Source: Fistulifera solaris (taxonomy: Eukaryota). Taken from it: a stretch of 64,000 nt of DNA. Of this stretch, positions 36,689 through 47,811 are shown piece after piece; positions within the stretch are counted from its first letter, which is position 1; the number at the start of each line of letters is the position of its first letter. Made by a program: the position numbers and the translations under genes. The notes beneath the pieces were generated by a model, which saw only the letters and a list, made by a program, of their open reading frames with translations, was not told where the DNA came from and did no database searches. The DNA is taken from positions 434,001 to 498,000 of the forward strand of contig AP026124.1 in the NCBI GenBank assembly GCA_030295235.1. Reading direction: 5' to 3'.

Positions 36689-38208
36689 ATGAAGCGGAGA
36701 CTGACTGGTCATGTGCTTAGCCCGGAAGAAGCTCTCCCAGTTCACCAAACGCAAGAGTCGAAATACAAGGATAAGCGGCGGCTTTCGGCGTTCACGCTTG
36801 CTATCCGATGCATTGGCTCCATTCTGTTGTTTATCTATTTATTTTATCGGACTGTGAATAAGTCGAAGCATCAATATAAATTACCGAGTTACATTCCCAA
36901 AGCTAACGAGCAGGCTGTTTGGGAATGGCCGTTGGTTCATATTGTCAATACACGTTTTATGCAAGAACAGGGGAATTTAACTGCTCTTGCAAAGGCACGA
37001 CTTGCTCTGTTCCAAGTGTTCTGCCTCCCTACAATGAGAAATCAATCGACGCAACAATTTCTATGGATCATCAAAACAGATCCAAATTTGGACCCCGATG
37101 TCCTCACGGCATTGACCGACGAACTCAGACCCTTTCCTAACTTCTTCTTGGTGGCATCCAACAACAACTTTCGCATCAATGAAGATTTCCCAGGGGCTTG
37201 GAGAGACGGTGCGGAAGTTCAGGATTTGTCTCACTCTATTGTTTACACTGGTGATAAGGCATTGCTGGAAAATGCAATGGCTTTTCATCGAGCAACAGAT
37301 CCTTATCCTGTCATTGAAACGAGGCTTGACAGCGATGACGGACTACATTTAGAATATCTTAAAGCAGTCCAGGATGCCGCTCTCGACATTTTAAAGCAGC
37401 CGGGACACGAAGAAGATTCAAGGGCTAACTGGATGTATTGGTGTTCACGTCGTCATGTAGAATGGCACTTTGCGGAAAAGTTACAAGGTAATGAAGCTAT
37501 TTGGAAACAAATCACAACGTTTGGTGCATTTCAGGGGATTCAGCATTCAAATCTGTGCATAACACCTGGAATTACTGTCGGATTTGGGTACGGCGTATCG
37601 GAAAAAAATGTCCCCGTGTATGGTCATCACGTTTTGGTCGATAAAATACGAGAGACTCCTAACGATGAAGCGTGTGGTCTCCCCTGACCATAACCATTGC
37701 CTCCAGTTCGTTGAAGGCTTTGTTTTCGAAGCAATCAGGTCAAGGAGTCCAACGGTAAGTAGTTTTTCTTGCTGGCTCTAGCTTTCACTCTCCTCGCTTT
37801 CAATTTCGATTTTTCTCTGATCGAACCTGCCTTTATCCTTCATTGAACACTTTCATTTCCTCAGTCGGCAGGAATGCTGAAGGTTGATGTCAATGCTCAT
37901 GAAGTCGCAACGGATGCTTGGCTCTATTTCGCCTATCTCAATATGGTACGCGAGAAGTTCAGCATACAAATACAACAGCTGAAGTGGATGAATGAATATC
38001 TATCCGAGAATTTATTGAAAATCGCAGAGGATAATCTTGTGGGCCAATGTACCACGGGGCATAGCTGCAAAGTAAGTTGCTCGCTCGCCGCTTACATGTT
38101 TTCCGTTCGTTTCCTTACCAATTTCCATTGGCACTCGTACAGGATGACGCCAAAGCGAGCTTAAGTGCACTTATTGCCAGTCGAGTGAATGTGACATTAA
38201 GTTATTAA
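36689..38208 (+). CDS. Type II membrane putative glycosyltransferase (putative rhamnosyltransferase-like); introns 37755-37864 and 38072-38142; frameshift ~37682
   Basis: Single N-terminal TM; TRFMQ, RLALFQVFCLPTM, FLWIIKTD, ETRLDSDDGL. Confidence 0.7.
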
Positions 38209-38508
38209 GGAGCTTAGGTAATAACTGAGCACACTCGACCTATTGTACTTAGCTTTTTACTTTTTAAAAAATACGGTCTATAGTATTTGTAATTCAAGAT
38301 TCAAGACATCAACGGTAAAGATACCGATGACGTCACACAGTTAATACAGGAATAATCGAAAAACTTTCGTTAGTTTCGCACTTCATTCTACCAGGTATTG
38401 TGCTCCGAACGAAGTATTTATTGTTGTCTCGATTTTCAACTCTGACTGACAAATAAAAGAAAAAAGCAAACCGTGATAGAGTAGCTGGTTTGGAAGGTCA
38501 AAGGAAGC

Positions 38509-39504
38509 ATGCGCAATGTCTACAGTCCCCGCGATTTTTGCTTGTGCACCTTCGTCCTTCTCTTAACTAGATCAAGTGCTGCATTCTCAACGCAAACTTT
38601 CCGCTCGTCGAAGCGAGCGTATCATACCACTAAAACTGAACGATATGACTGGTTTCTTCAAGAATCTCCACTTGATCGAGAACCCATGAACATATGTGGA
38701 GACAATATATTTTCGCGTCGTGCAACTCTCCGGTCATTGACAATGGCATCGGCTATCACTTGTCTCTCGTCAATAAGCCCCCATGCGAGCGCAGACGAAT
38801 ACACCGGAAAGGCAGAAATCACAGATCGCATCTACTTGACTATAAAAGGTCTTGGTCCGGATCCGAAAAGAATTGTTATTGGATTGTTTGGCAAAGAAGC
38901 CCCCAACTCGGTGTCGATGATTAAACAACTTGTATCCGAAAACGGACTTCCAGCTCCTTGTCGACCTCGAGCGGAAAGGACACTTCAAAAGGAGCAGCTT
39001 GAGGCAAACAAAGTCTACAGTGCATGTAAAGAAAGAGAAAGCACCGGTGTAAATCTCAAGTTTTCTTCCATTTGGAGAGTAATCAAGAATGAAAGAATTG
39101 ATGTCGGTGCCGTGTCGGGACGATTTGTCGCAAGAGCATATCCAGAGTGGTCCGAGACAAAATCATCGTCACTAAAGCATGATGCGCCCGGGTTCGTATC
39201 GGTACGACGCGGTAACGACAGTGGCTTTGGTTTCGTCATATACCCAGGTGATGGCAAAACAAACACAGCAGCGCTAAATGAAGATAATATCGTAATTGGG
39301 AAAGTGATTGATGGGTTGGATGTTGTAAAAGAGTTGAACGAGGTCCCAGTCATCCTCTCATCGAAATACAATTACATGGGACTCACAGGAGGCCCGAAAA
39401 CGTCAAATTCACCGGATCGTTCTTGCCGTTATGGAGGTCCGATGTATTGCAATGAAAACAAGCCGCTCATCAAGCTTTCCATAACGGACACTGGAGTTAT
39501 CTAG
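38509..39504 (+). CDS. Plastid/thylakoid cyclophilin-like protein (CYP28-like)
   Basis: Signal SAA-F, twin-Arg SRR, ITDRIYL, IVIGLFGKEAP, LKHDAPGFVS, VIGKVIDGLDVV. Confidence 0.78.
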   Translation: MRNVYSPRDFCLCTFVLLLTRSSAAFSTQTFRSSKRAYHTTKTERYDWFLQESPLDREPMNICGDNIFSRRATLRSLTMASAITCLSSISPHASADEYTGKAEITDRIYLTIKGLGPDPKRIVIGLFGKEAPNSVSMIKQLVSENGLPAPCRPRAERTLQKEQLEANKVYSACKERESTGVNLKFSSIWRVIKNERIDVGAVSGRFVARAYPEWSETKSSSLKHDAPGFVSVRRGNDSGFGFVIYPGDGKTNTAALNEDNIVIGKVIDGLDVVKELNEVPVILSSKYNYMGLTGGPKTSNSPDRSCRYGGPMYCNENKPLIKLSITDTGVI

Positions 39505-39561
39505 TATAATTACGTTACAACAGACGTGAGATTTTCTTCTACTTTTATTCAGCGCATCATG

Positions 39562-41277
39562 TTAAGGTACTGCTGCAAGTGCTTGCTGGGCCAGCTTTCG
39601 TGCTCGCTTACTAACCGGAAGAGGCCGTAATATGGCACTCTTCGCCCACGCAGCGATGAACAAGATCATGATTATTGTGCGATATTTGGATAGAAGAGCC
39701 AATACTTTTTGCATGACTCTCCCAGCGTAAATAAGTATTTTCGTAGATCTCAACAATCTCCGTAACAACTTTGGGGTTACGCCTTTACAAATTGCGGCTA
39801 ATTTGGCAGCTTGATAATCATCTAGTGGAAAGCCAGCCATACCCGCCATTTGACGTAACTGAGGCCCGGATGTGTTTTGCAAAACGTTACAAATTTGCTC
39901 TTGTGTTTCATCCTTGTCCAAACGCTTGGAGAGCGACGATAATACAGATTTCGCTAGGCTCCCGACACCGCCCTCATTGTTTGCCCTGGATCCCATCATA
40001 TTACTTAGTAGCGAGGATGTGAACAAATCTTTCATATCATCCATCGGTGACGCTGGTATGTCATTGCTTGATTTTTTCAGCAACGATTCCAGCAAAGCGT
40101 TCGATCCCGAAAGGTCTATTGCTTCCGACGAGCCTTGTGACGATTCCCGCATAAGCCTTCCATACAAAGCAACCGCCTTGCTATCCCCAAGAAAAGCAGC
40201 AGATCGAGCGTCTTGCAGCGCATCGGCTGTTTCACCGAGCTCCAATTCGGCTTTCGCCCTCCGATAGAACGCCCGAGCGCGTAATGCCGGTGTCGCGCCG
40301 GTTCCCTCTGACTCCACCAACTCCAAGACTGCCGTGCATGCCGATTTCGCCTCTTCGTATTCTTCACACTTCAATTGACAAAGAGATTCGTGCAAGCGAC
40401 ACGTTGCGTACTCGTTCATGATACGATTGTCGTCCTCTTCGTCTTCCGACGATGACTCGAGAAAAGGAAACAGTGACTGGGCTGCCTCCGAGAAGCGCAA
40501 AGCCGCCTTCTTAAACTTTTTCCGATCGTGCAAGCTTTTACCTTTAGCTCGTAATTCAGTAACTCGATCCATCGCTGATGTTAGGTCTTGTTCTGAAAGT
40601 GCTGGAGTGGTTGTTTCCGTTTCTAGGGAAAGAGTGGTAGTAACTAGGTCAAATGTCGAATTGTCACTCGCTTCCAACTCAATAACTGCATCATCTTCGT
40701 TTAAAAGCGTAGAAGTAACCATTTCCGCTTCTGAGAGGAGAGTATGATTATCAGGTACACGTCTCGAATCACCATTTGCTTCCATTTGCGCTGCTCGATC
40801 CATTGCGGTTGCCAGATCGTGTTCGGAAAGTAAAGGGATGTCCGTTTCGGGTTCGGGGGAAATAGCGACGGCATCTAGGTCAAGTGCCGACGTATCTTCG
40901 GTATGAGGAAATACCGTCGTAGTGGTGGTTTCGAGAAATGCCGGTATTGTTCCTACGAAGGAAGACTCCGACAACACAGCTGTATCATTGTGGATTGCAC
41001 CTATTCCGTTCTCCTCATTGCTTCCATACGATTCTGAGGTCGTTGCCTCTTCTTCCCGGCTATCCTTATTATGCTCTAGTACAGTTACAGTATTCTCGGT
41101 AGCGTTCGAATCATCGTCGATCTTTCCAGCAAGCGTATCACTGCCTCCTGCCCTGATAATCGCATAGGAAGGCGCTCGTCGCGAAACCCATGATGCTTCG
41201 ATCTGAATTAGTAATGCGCACAGCAAGAAAGCAAGTACGAGAGTCAGCCATTGTGAGTAATTTTGTCTTTGAATCAT
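39562..41277 (-). CDS. Signal-peptide TPR protein with C-terminal TM helix
   Basis: TPR helices (ELRAKGKSL, EAKSACTAVL, RAFYRRAKA); hydrophobic N- and C-termini. Confidence 0.75.
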   Translation of the reverse strand: MIQRQNYSQWLTLVLAFLLCALLIQIEASWVSRRAPSYAIIRAGGSDTLAGKIDDDSNATENTVTVLEHNKDSREEEATTSESYGSNEENGIGAIHNDTAVLSESSFVGTIPAFLETTTTTVFPHTEDTSALDLDAVAISPEPETDIPLLSEHDLATAMDRAAQMEANGDSRRVPDNHTLLSEAEMVTSTLLNEDDAVIELEASDNSTFDLVTTTLSLETETTTPALSEQDLTSAMDRVTELRAKGKSLHDRKKFKKAALRFSEAAQSLFPFLESSSEDEEDDNRIMNEYATCRLHESLCQLKCEEYEEAKSACTAVLELVESEGTGATPALRARAFYRRAKAELELGETADALQDARSAAFLGDSKAVALYGRLMRESSQGSSEAIDLSGSNALLESLLKKSSNDIPASPMDDMKDLFTSSLLSNMMGSRANNEGGVGSLAKSVLSSLSKRLDKDETQEQICNVLQNTSGPQLRQMAGMAGFPLDDYQAAKLAAICKGVTPKLLRRLLRSTKILIYAGRVMQKVLALLSKYRTIIMILFIAAWAKSAILRPLPVSKRARKLAQQALAAVP

Positions 41278-41707
41278 GTTGTTAGTTGAGTGGCAATGTT
41301 GCAGGAGCTTTGGGTGATCTTACAAATGAAAGCATTCGCATCATTGTAGACCCCTCTCTTGTCAGTCAAAATAACGAGGCGAACAAAAACCGCACAAAAA
41401 CGCAAAGATGCGACTGCGGCGCGGTCGGCGGATTAACCGGATGAATCAAGTAGTGTGGCGAGTAGCGAGCGATAGCGGTAGGTAATTAAAAAAGTCCCTT
41501 GCTGTAAGTCCCTTACTGGTTCATTCCCGGTTCTTTGTCGTTCGCAATTCGCAATCAAGCACACAAAAACAGAACGCCGCACGTACGCGCATCGTCCATC
41601 GAACATACACGACATACGACATACGTAGTAATCGCTCGCGTAAAACATGAGAATGCCAATTGGTGCACTAATTACAAAGTATCTTTTATAAATAGACTAC
41701 TAGAACC

Positions 41708-42675
41708 ATGAAAACGCCAATTCTCTGGTTCACTCTTTTATTGACTTGCCGACACACTGTTGGTGCTGTCCCTGTGGCAGGGCGGCGTGCACAGCAGCCG
41801 GCTTGGGTGGATGGCTTGAAGAACGGTTTAGCGAGTGCCCTGGCCGCCGGCTGCGTCAAAACGAGTTTACAGCCCATTGACGCCATCAAAACCATTCAGC
41901 AATATCAACAGTCCAAAGGAACAGCTTCTCTGACAATATGGGAAGCTTGTCGGGAAATTATGAGTCGGCCGGGAGGATTTTGGAACTTTTATGCGGGGTT
42001 GGGCGTCACGGTCATAGGGGCTATGCCGAGTGTTGCTCTTTATTTTGGGGTGTACAGCTATTGCAAAAAAACATTACTTAATAGTCACTGGGGTAAGAAG
42101 CATCCAACTGCTAGTGTGGCTTTATCGGCGGCTATCGGAAACTCGGTGGCGAGTTTTTCACGAGTGCCGTATGAAGTATTGAAGCAGCAACTGCAAACCG
42201 GAGTTTATACAAGCACATGGCAAGCATTGAAGGAAATATCATCCTCAAAAGAATACATGTCGCTGCTGTTTCCGAAAGGTGGTATTGCTATTCAGATGTT
42301 GCGTGATGTCCCCTACGCAGTCATCACTTTGATGTTATATGAAACGCTACAGAATACATTTCATAAATCGCGGTCCAATAAGGTGATTGATTTTTGTGTC
42401 GGGGGGAGCTGCAGGCGGCTTTGGAAGCTGGGCCACGAACCCCACGGATGTTATTAAGACTCGTCTTCAGACTAATTCGGAGCTTTATGGTGGATCCGTT
42501 CGGACATGTACGGCCGAAATATGGCGAGAAGGAGGAATAATGGCGTTTTTGAGAGGAAGCGTACCACGGCTTGTGCACAAAGTTCCCGCAAACGCGTTTT
42601 TTCTTTTTGTTTTACGAGGGCTTTCGGCAGTTACTGGGAGTGCGAGATAACGAAACAGGGTCAAAAGATGACTAA
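41708..42675 (+). CDS. Mitochondrial-carrier-family protein (SAM-carrier-like) with N-terminal signal peptide; frameshifts ~42396 and ~42603
   Basis: PIDAIKT, RVPYEVLKQ, RDVPY, NPTDVIKTRLQ. Confidence 0.82.
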
Positions 42676-42711
42676 GAAAGCTTCATAGGATATAGCTTAT
42701 CGCCTAACTCT

Positions 42712-43056
42712 TCATTGGTTATAATCGTCGTGGGCACTTTTTGTTATAGCTTTGTTAACCTCGCTTGCTAAATAAAGAGGCAACTGAAGTTCGACCGGTG
42801 TCCACCCGTCCAAGGCAGATAAATCAATCTCTTTCAAAGACGGAGGGCACCAGTCCATGGATCTTTTTTCGTCGTCGTGCGCCATAATTGACTGATTAAA
42901 GCAAGTACTGACTGCTGAATCGTCCCATTTAAAATCGGGCGACGGTTTCGCTGGTAACTGTTGTTTTTGCGGAACAGATTGTTGAAAAATAATATTATTA
43001 TCATCGTCCGATCCCGACGATGCCATTTCGTCGTCATCACCTTCCCTTGTAGACAT
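42712..43056 (-). CDS. Small acidic protein with an SMN N-terminal-like (WDDxA) helix
   Basis: 114 aa ORF with ATG in AT-rich context; FKWDDSAVSTCF resembles SMN WDDTALIKAY. Confidence 0.45.
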   Translation of the reverse strand: MSTREGDDDEMASSGSDDDNNIIFQQSVPQKQQLPAKPSPDFKWDDSAVSTCFNQSIMAHDDEKRSMDWCPPSLKEIDLSALDGWTPVELQLPLYLASEVNKAITKSAHDDYNQ

Positions 43057-43514
43057 CGTTACTTATTTTTTCTCTTTTAAAAAGTTTGGGCGATTGAAAC
43101 GGCACTTCGACTGTTACTCTAAGAATGTGCGTGTCCATCTACAAACGATGAACAAGAACTACAAGAATTATTGACGATGAATGATGATGAGGCAGGAGGC
43201 AAGCGGAGGGAAAAACTTTTCAATTGCCGATAAGACACGCGTCTGCTTGATCCATTTTGCAAAGGCGAAAGTCAATGACAATAGTGCTTAAGTGCTACTG
43301 GTACGGAGTAGACTGTACCTGGTATTTCTATAATGCTACGTTTCGGCTTAAAACTTAGCGAAACAGGCCAAAATCAATATAGCGAGAGTTGCTGCAATGT
43401 CGTACAAAGTAGTTCTTTTCATTCTAATCTAACTGGTTATTTTTACACCGCCCTTTCCTCTAGATTCTTGCCCTTGAATAGCCCAGTCGAAGACGCTTTT
43501 TGTTCTAATTTTAT

Positions 43515-45530
43515 CTAGTAGGATGTAGTGGATCCGTTTGCTTCATCGAGCGCATCAAGAGCTTCACTCACACAAAAATCAGCCCCAATGTTTCGGGGGA
43601 TACCGGATCTACTCCCGCAATAAATGTCTGGTCGAATACCCCCGCTCACAAACTCGCCGCTGCTTTTATCGTAACGTGCCGCGCCCACAAATGTTACATG
43701 TTTCAAGGCCGGCGTCAAATATTCTGCCACGGTCAATCGCAAACCTCCGCCATCGGGCATCGGAAATGTGTGCTGGATTAATCCTTTTCCGAACGTTCGC
43801 GTTCCAATCGTAGCAACAGTTCTGCCATTGTCACGTAATGCCGAAGCGAAAACTTCGGCAGAGCTGGCAGTTCCTTCGTTGATCAGCAAAACGATAGGCT
43901 TGGACTTCTTTGTAAAAATGGCTGTCCGAGAAGCCGGTAGGATACCACGCTTGAGTCGTTGCTCTCGTAATGAAGCATATGCACTTGGTGGTGACCAATT
44001 GATCCCATTCTCGTCAAACATATCTGGACTTTCTCGCCGAACTTGATCCAGGGTCGTCGACCTAGGTTCACTGCTGAGTAGATAGCCCGGGTATCTTTTG
44101 TCAACAACGTATTCTTCTACATCATGTGGGGTAAACCCACCTCGCGAGTTGAGGGTGAAACACAGAACGGCGTGTGAATCTTTGAGTAAACTGGAGGCGG
44201 TCAGCATTGCTTCTTGAATGACACCTCCATAGTTGTTACGTAGGTCAATAATGTAGCTCGATGCTCCCTCCTTTTCCAATATTTCCACAGCCTCAACGAA
44301 TCCAGCTGTTGCCGCTTTCGAGAAGCGCGTCAATCGAATGTACCCAACCGCATTGTCTTGGTCGGTAATGGAAAATGGATCAAAAATCGTTCGATGCAAC
44401 AGCTCATAATGCACGACGGCATTCCCACCGATCAGTCGCTCCTCTGTCGGGCTAAAAATAGTGTCGGCCGTCAACAACGTGGGAATTTGCAAGCGAATGG
44501 GTCGATAGGCCACCACAACTTCACGGCCATCTTCGATCCCTGCGTAGACAGGCTTAGCGACTGTCAAGTCGGGGTAACCGAAATAGTTTTCGGCGGATGA
44601 AAACTTTTCGAGGGATTGCAGATTCCTGTCCTCACCAACCGCAATTATTCGATCACCAACTACCAAACCAGCTCGTTCTGCTGGCGAGTCTGGGATCACT
44701 GCTGTGACAACGGGTAGCTTTGCCACTTTGGCAGCGTCAAGAAGTTTTTGGTGACTGTGTTTCGCCAATTCGGGGGGTAAGCTTGCCATAACCGGGGCTC
44801 TATTAGCCCCAAAGAAAAACGAATCTTGGCTGTCGTTCGGCGACTTTACAACAACACCTAGTCCAAGGAATCCATTGTTGGAGGGCTTGAGTTCAGCTCG
44901 AAGTTGTTCTAGTGTCAGGTAAGAACTAAATGGATCATTCAGCTGCTTTACTAACCACTGCAATCCTTCCACGGCACCATCGCGTGTTTCTAACATTTGC
45001 TTATCGCGACTGAGCCAATCTTTCCACACAATATAGAAATCTCGCGGTTGAAAGTATGCGCCGCCTGACAAGTCGTAATACATGTTGTTGATGGTTCCTA
45101 CCGCGTAATCCATGAGTGCTGTGTTTGCGGCAATCCTTTCTTCCGGAAGCCCATCCTGAATAATGGACCAATATTGCTTTCCGGCTGGTAAACGGCTTTG
45201 CGGCTGATCATCTGCTAAAGCGAATTCGGGAGAAAACGACAATGCAGCCACAAGCCCGAATGTTAAGAGACAATTACGAAGAGTCTTTTGCAATTGCGTG
45301 CTCCGTTTCGAATATTTTGAATTGTCACATGCGTCCTGCTCATCCGCTTTCTTTGATTGTGGCTGAATCGAAGAGGAAAATTTGGAAGGAGCTTTTCTGG
45401 AGAGAGACAACAGGTGAAAAGATGTCACCGAGAAGTGCCCCAACAGAAAAAGAATGACAAGCATCAACCGTTTCATGATGCCTTTCTTTCTCAATTTTAT
45501 GTGCTCCGCCGCGTGCAAATACTTTGTCAA
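43515..45530 (-). CDS. ctpA: Carboxyl-terminal processing peptidase (S41A, CtpA-like) with PDZ domain, plastid-targeted
   Basis: LNDPFS, GLGV, PDSPAERAGL, GYIRLTRFS, IIDLRNNYGG, GTASSAEVFA, TFGKGLIQ. Confidence 0.88.
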   Translation of the reverse strand: MTKYLHAAEHIKLRKKGIMKRLMLVILFLLGHFSVTSFHLLSLSRKAPSKFSSSIQPQSKKADEQDACDNSKYSKRSTQLQKTLRNCLLTFGLVAALSFSPEFALADDQPQSRLPAGKQYWSIIQDGLPEERIAANTALMDYAVGTINNMYYDLSGGAYFQPRDFYIVWKDWLSRDKQMLETRDGAVEGLQWLVKQLNDPFSSYLTLEQLRAELKPSNNGFLGLGVVVKSPNDSQDSFFFGANRAPVMASLPPELAKHSHQKLLDAAKVAKLPVVTAVIPDSPAERAGLVVGDRIIAVGEDRNLQSLEKFSSAENYFGYPDLTVAKPVYAGIEDGREVVVAYRPIRLQIPTLLTADTIFSPTEERLIGGNAVVHYELLHRTIFDPFSITDQDNAVGYIRLTRFSKAATAGFVEAVEILEKEGASSYIIDLRNNYGGVIQEAMLTASSLLKDSHAVLCFTLNSRGGFTPHDVEEYVVDKRYPGYLLSSEPRSTTLDQVRRESPDMFDENGINWSPPSAYASLREQRLKRGILPASRTAIFTKKSKPIVLLINEGTASSAEVFASALRDNGRTVATIGTRTFGKGLIQHTFPMPDGGGLRLTVAEYLTPALKHVTFVGAARYDKSSGEFVSGGIRPDIYCGSRSGIPRNIGADFCVSEALDALDEANGSTTSY

Positions 45531-46016
45531 TCAGTTAAGATGTGCATTGCTGGTCTTCTATAGTTTACTTTTTGAGTTCGTAATAAGCGAATTCACATCG
45601 GAACAAACCGAAATTCGAATGCAGTTTTGTTGTTGTTCTGCGTTCTGCGAGGTGTTTTTTGAGAAAATGCCGCTTCTAAACTAATGCAGCAGGCGCGCGT
45701 GACGTGGCGCACAATACCATTGCTATACATCCAATGTGTGGGTGGCACTTCACCGCCTGGTTTTCAGTCACGCGTCCTGAGTCCACGACAGAGAGCATCG
45801 ATTATTCTTTTTTAGCTCGGTAAGCAAATGGGCTCTCTATTTTGAAAATAATATTCAACAACATATGCAATGCAAGCATAGAATATCTACGTTGATATTT
45901 CTTGCAAACGAATTCTCGTTTAAATTTACTCAGGCAAAGTGTTTTGTGGACATTGCAATTACCTACGATTGCATTTCTTTGAAACTTGTTTTACTTTCTT
46001 TGGAGAACTCTCTTAG

Positions 46017-46370
46017 TTCAGAAATTCTAGATACTGTTCATTTCATCATACAGAAATTTTGGGTAAGTTCCAGATATTCTATAGGGTTTTTGTATTTCAT
46101 GATACAGAAATTCTGGTACGCTTCAGAATTTCGGCAATGGTGTTTTACATCATACAGAAATTCTGTGTACTTTTCAGAAATTCTGGAGACAGTTATTATT
46201 TGATCATAATGTGGTAGTTCCAGAAATTCTGGTTGCGGTTTTATCCTGCGGAAATTCTGTCTACGCATGAGAAATTATGGAGACGGTGTTTTTGATCATA
46301 CCTGGTACCACCTACGAAATTCATCCAGAATTTCTGGATACGGTTTTTTCGTCGTAGGGGAAATTTTGGG
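46017..46370. repeat. Degenerate ~50 bp tandem repeat (about 7 units) containing ~13 copies of a CAGAAATTCTGG-like motif
   Basis: Motif copies at ~46019, 46051, 46071, 46105, 46124, 46155, 46175, 46221, 46249, 46269, 46314, 46326, 46358. Confidence 0.85.
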
Positions 46371-46494
46371 TACCGGTACGGTACCTGTGTTTGAACAAAA
46401 ATGCCATTATTTTTCCATTTTACCCACAGCAATGTCATTATCTTTGTGTTTCTTTTACTTTCAATACAAAATAATATTAGCTACCTGTCAGATA

Positions 46495-47739
46495 ATGATG
46501 GCCGCATTGCCAGTCATGAAGTTGCTCCTTATTATGAGAGTGCTCGCATTGACATCAGCGTACTACTCGACAACGTCCTTCCACAGACACGTCGGCGTAT
46601 CAGCTTTTCTGCAATCTTTTGTGCAAGACGATTCTAGCATTCAAGAGAAATATTTTACAGAAGCTCATGTGTTTGAACAATTATGTAACGAAGTTGGCGT
46701 TCAACCAACCGGGCTGCTGCGACTCGGTGAGTCCGAAGACGGTATCCGCGGTTTATATCTTAACCGTGCTGTAAAAACGGGCGACCTTGTTCTTTCCATC
46801 CCTTTGAACAAGTGCTTCAGAGATGATCAGCAATTGCCCGATTGGATGCCGCGAAAGGAGGATGAGTCGGTAGAGAAGGATGGTGCCTGGGCTCTGCGAT
46901 TGGCGGCTTGTCTTATGGAAGCCCAAAAATCACCGTATCAATCGCACCACTCCTTGTGGTTCTCTTTACTTCCAAACCCCTCTGATCTCAGGTCATCATT
47001 ACCGATTCACTGGGATGATGAAGTCATTCAATCTACAAGTCACACTGCCTTCACCATGGCGGTTGATTCTGCATATTTTGCGCGAGTCGGAGCAATTCAA
47101 TCGATTGGCGTTGATGTGGATCTGAACGGTGCTCTCGATGTGATACAAACAAGGACTTGTCGCGTACAGACATCCAAAGGTGATCCCCTCCGACTACTCG
47201 CCCCGGTCTTTGATCTTTTCAACCACGCGAGTCCTGCTACCGCCGAGTTTTCCATAGAGAATGACGACTTGTTGGCGGTTCGAGCGATGGCTGATTTGGA
47301 CCAACATCAACATGTATGCATTGATTATGGGTCATCGACCACGCCGGCATGGAACTCTCTAGTTTCTTACGGATTTATTCCTGCTGAAGATGAAGAGCTC
47401 GCGGAAGTCTATCTCGATGGTGTGCGTTATGAGGTGGGCCCTGATTTTGTTCCGGAAGACATGGTTGTCGCAGCCTCGTCTGTGTATCTCGCACAAACGC
47501 AAGCTCTGGACAATAATGTTGTTTTGACACCTGAAATCGCCATGCTTCTAGCTCGACGTATATCGGATGTCGCTCATAGTTACTCGCTTCCACCAGGAAC
47601 AAAAACTATTGAAAGTACACCGGAGAGCACAATTTCCATCCGATTGGCTTCTGCTCTCCGATGGAACCAGCATCGTATTCTCCTCAAATGCTCTTCGAAC
47701 CTTCAAGACTGGGCGGAACAGCAATCATTTATAGAGTAA
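46495..47739 (+). CDS. SET-domain protein (Rubisco LSMT/SETD3-like) with presequence
   Basis: GIRGLY, LAPVFDLFNH, VCIDYG, LVSYGFI. The longer ORF extension upstream runs through the repeat array and is probably non-coding. Confidence 0.85.
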   Translation: MMAALPVMKLLLIMRVLALTSAYYSTTSFHRHVGVSAFLQSFVQDDSSIQEKYFTEAHVFEQLCNEVGVQPTGLLRLGESEDGIRGLYLNRAVKTGDLVLSIPLNKCFRDDQQLPDWMPRKEDESVEKDGAWALRLAACLMEAQKSPYQSHHSLWFSLLPNPSDLRSSLPIHWDDEVIQSTSHTAFTMAVDSAYFARVGAIQSIGVDVDLNGALDVIQTRTCRVQTSKGDPLRLLAPVFDLFNHASPATAEFSIENDDLLAVRAMADLDQHQHVCIDYGSSTTPAWNSLVSYGFIPAEDEELAEVYLDGVRYEVGPDFVPEDMVVAASSVYLAQTQALDNNVVLTPEIAMLLARRISDVAHSYSLPPGTKTIESTPESTISIRLASALRWNQHRILLKCSSNLQDWAEQQSFIE

Positions 47740-47811
47740 ATTAATTTATTATATTCCATAGTAAAAGGAATTTCGCTATTTTGACAATCACCTTTGCGTT
47801 CCCTAAATTGT

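Noticed and set aside
46017..46370. CRISPR array or canonical heat-shock element
   Set aside because: Eukaryotic context, no cas genes, spacers resemble each other; GAA-TTC spacing is mostly 1 nt rather than the nGAAnnTTCn pattern.
46267..46494. N-terminal extension of the SET protein
   Set aside because: Runs through the repeat array and AT-rich promoter-like DNA; the signal peptide fits a start at 46495 or later.
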